Shown here piece by piece: positions 33,780-34,160 of a DNA stretch of 34,160 nt. Source of the stretch: a virus (lineage: Duplodnaviria > Caudoviricetes); the IMG/VR virus record IMGVR_UViG_3300037755_000726, positions 1-34,160 of that record; one strand, given 5' to 3'. The stretch's first letter is position 1; each line of letters opens with the position of its first letter. The notes beneath the pieces were generated by a model, which saw only the letters and a list, made by a program, of their open reading frames with translations, was not told the DNA's origin and ran no database searches. Position numbers and translations under genes: made by a program.

Positions 33780-34160
33780 GCGACAAGCCCATCACGCCCG
33801 CAGATGTGCTGAAAAGGACACAGGTAACCCCGGAGCAGATTCTGGCCAAGGCGCAGCCGTCCTTCGTCCAGAAGGCCGGGGAACTCACCAGCGCGCTGGG
33901 AAACCTCTTCAGCGACAACTTCGCACTCGGCTTCAAGGATGAGGTAAAGGCAGCCGGCGGAGCAGTAGGCACCATCCTCGGGCGCAATCTCGCGTCGATG
34001 GCAGGCGGGACACCGGACCCGGAGACGGCCGAGCTGGGCTTTACCGACCTGTTCACCCGGGAACTGCAGGGCTTCGAGACCGAGCGCACCAAGCACCGGG
34101 AGAAGCTGGGCGGCGTCGGCACGGCGGTGGAGATTGCCGGCGGGGTCTTGGGCGGCGGAC
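33776..34160 (+). CDS. Large ejection protein (3' truncated by window edge)
   Basis: ATGA overlap; MSDKPITPAD...DNFALGFKDEVKAA...EIAGGVLGG, open to the end. Confidence 0.65.
   Translation, partial: MSDKPITPADVLKRTQVTPEQILAKAQPSFVQKAGELTSALGNLFSDNFALGFKDEVKAAGGAVGTILGRNLASMAGGTPDPETAELGFTDLFTRELQGFETERTKHREKLGGVGTAVEIAGGVLGGG

Larger units (their letters stand above)
1..34160 (+). mobile_element. Tailed bacteriophage/prophage segment (podovirus-like morphogenesis module; probable alphaproteobacterial host)
   Basis: Co-oriented terminase, portal, capsid, adaptor/nozzle, fibre and ejection-like genes; no tape measure, sheath or tube gene; GcrA homologue; many ATGA/GTGA gene overlaps; no host housekeeping genes. 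Confidence 0.95.

Noticed and set aside
1-34160. CRISPR array, tRNA, integrase, lysis cassette, DGR or retron reverse transcriptase
   Set aside because: None recognisable by eye: no regularly spaced repeat-spacer units, RT motifs or adenine-variant TR/VR pair

Overview
The whole window is a GC-rich tailed-phage (or prophage) segment, almost entirely on the + strand. A GcrA homologue points to an alphaproteobacterial host. Bases 1-6641 are a tightly coupled replication/accessory operon: RusA-like, GcrA, HNH-like, a split T7-gp4-type primase-helicase, a DUF1376 initiator-like protein with internal iterons, and many small ORFs. Bases ~6640-7190 are a non-coding gap with IHF-like boxes, TGCTGCGGTGC repeats and a C-rich to G-rich strand switch, probably the packaging/terminus region. 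Bases 7190-34160 are a podovirus-type (P22-like order) morphogenesis operon: TerS, TerL, portal, scaffold, capsid, accessory virion proteins, adaptor, nozzle, fibre, GNAT and ejection proteins. The most striking signal is a 24-nt element, AGGGYCAT-NNN-RCANN-N'N'N'-AGCCC, found three times (12929, 25972, 30753). Its inner stem covaries between copies, and its 3' strand is also the 5' strand of an intrinsic terminator placed before a new structural module. The first copy lies 15 nt after a small DUF2292/YezD-like gene, suggesting a protein-plus-RNA antitermination system. Other oddities: signal peptides on a tail-fibre-like protein and on a 1.1-kaa protein, an in-frame TGA in a Maf/sialyltransferase-like gene, and two antisense membrane micro-proteins. 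All family assignments come from motif recognition by eye; no database searches were run.
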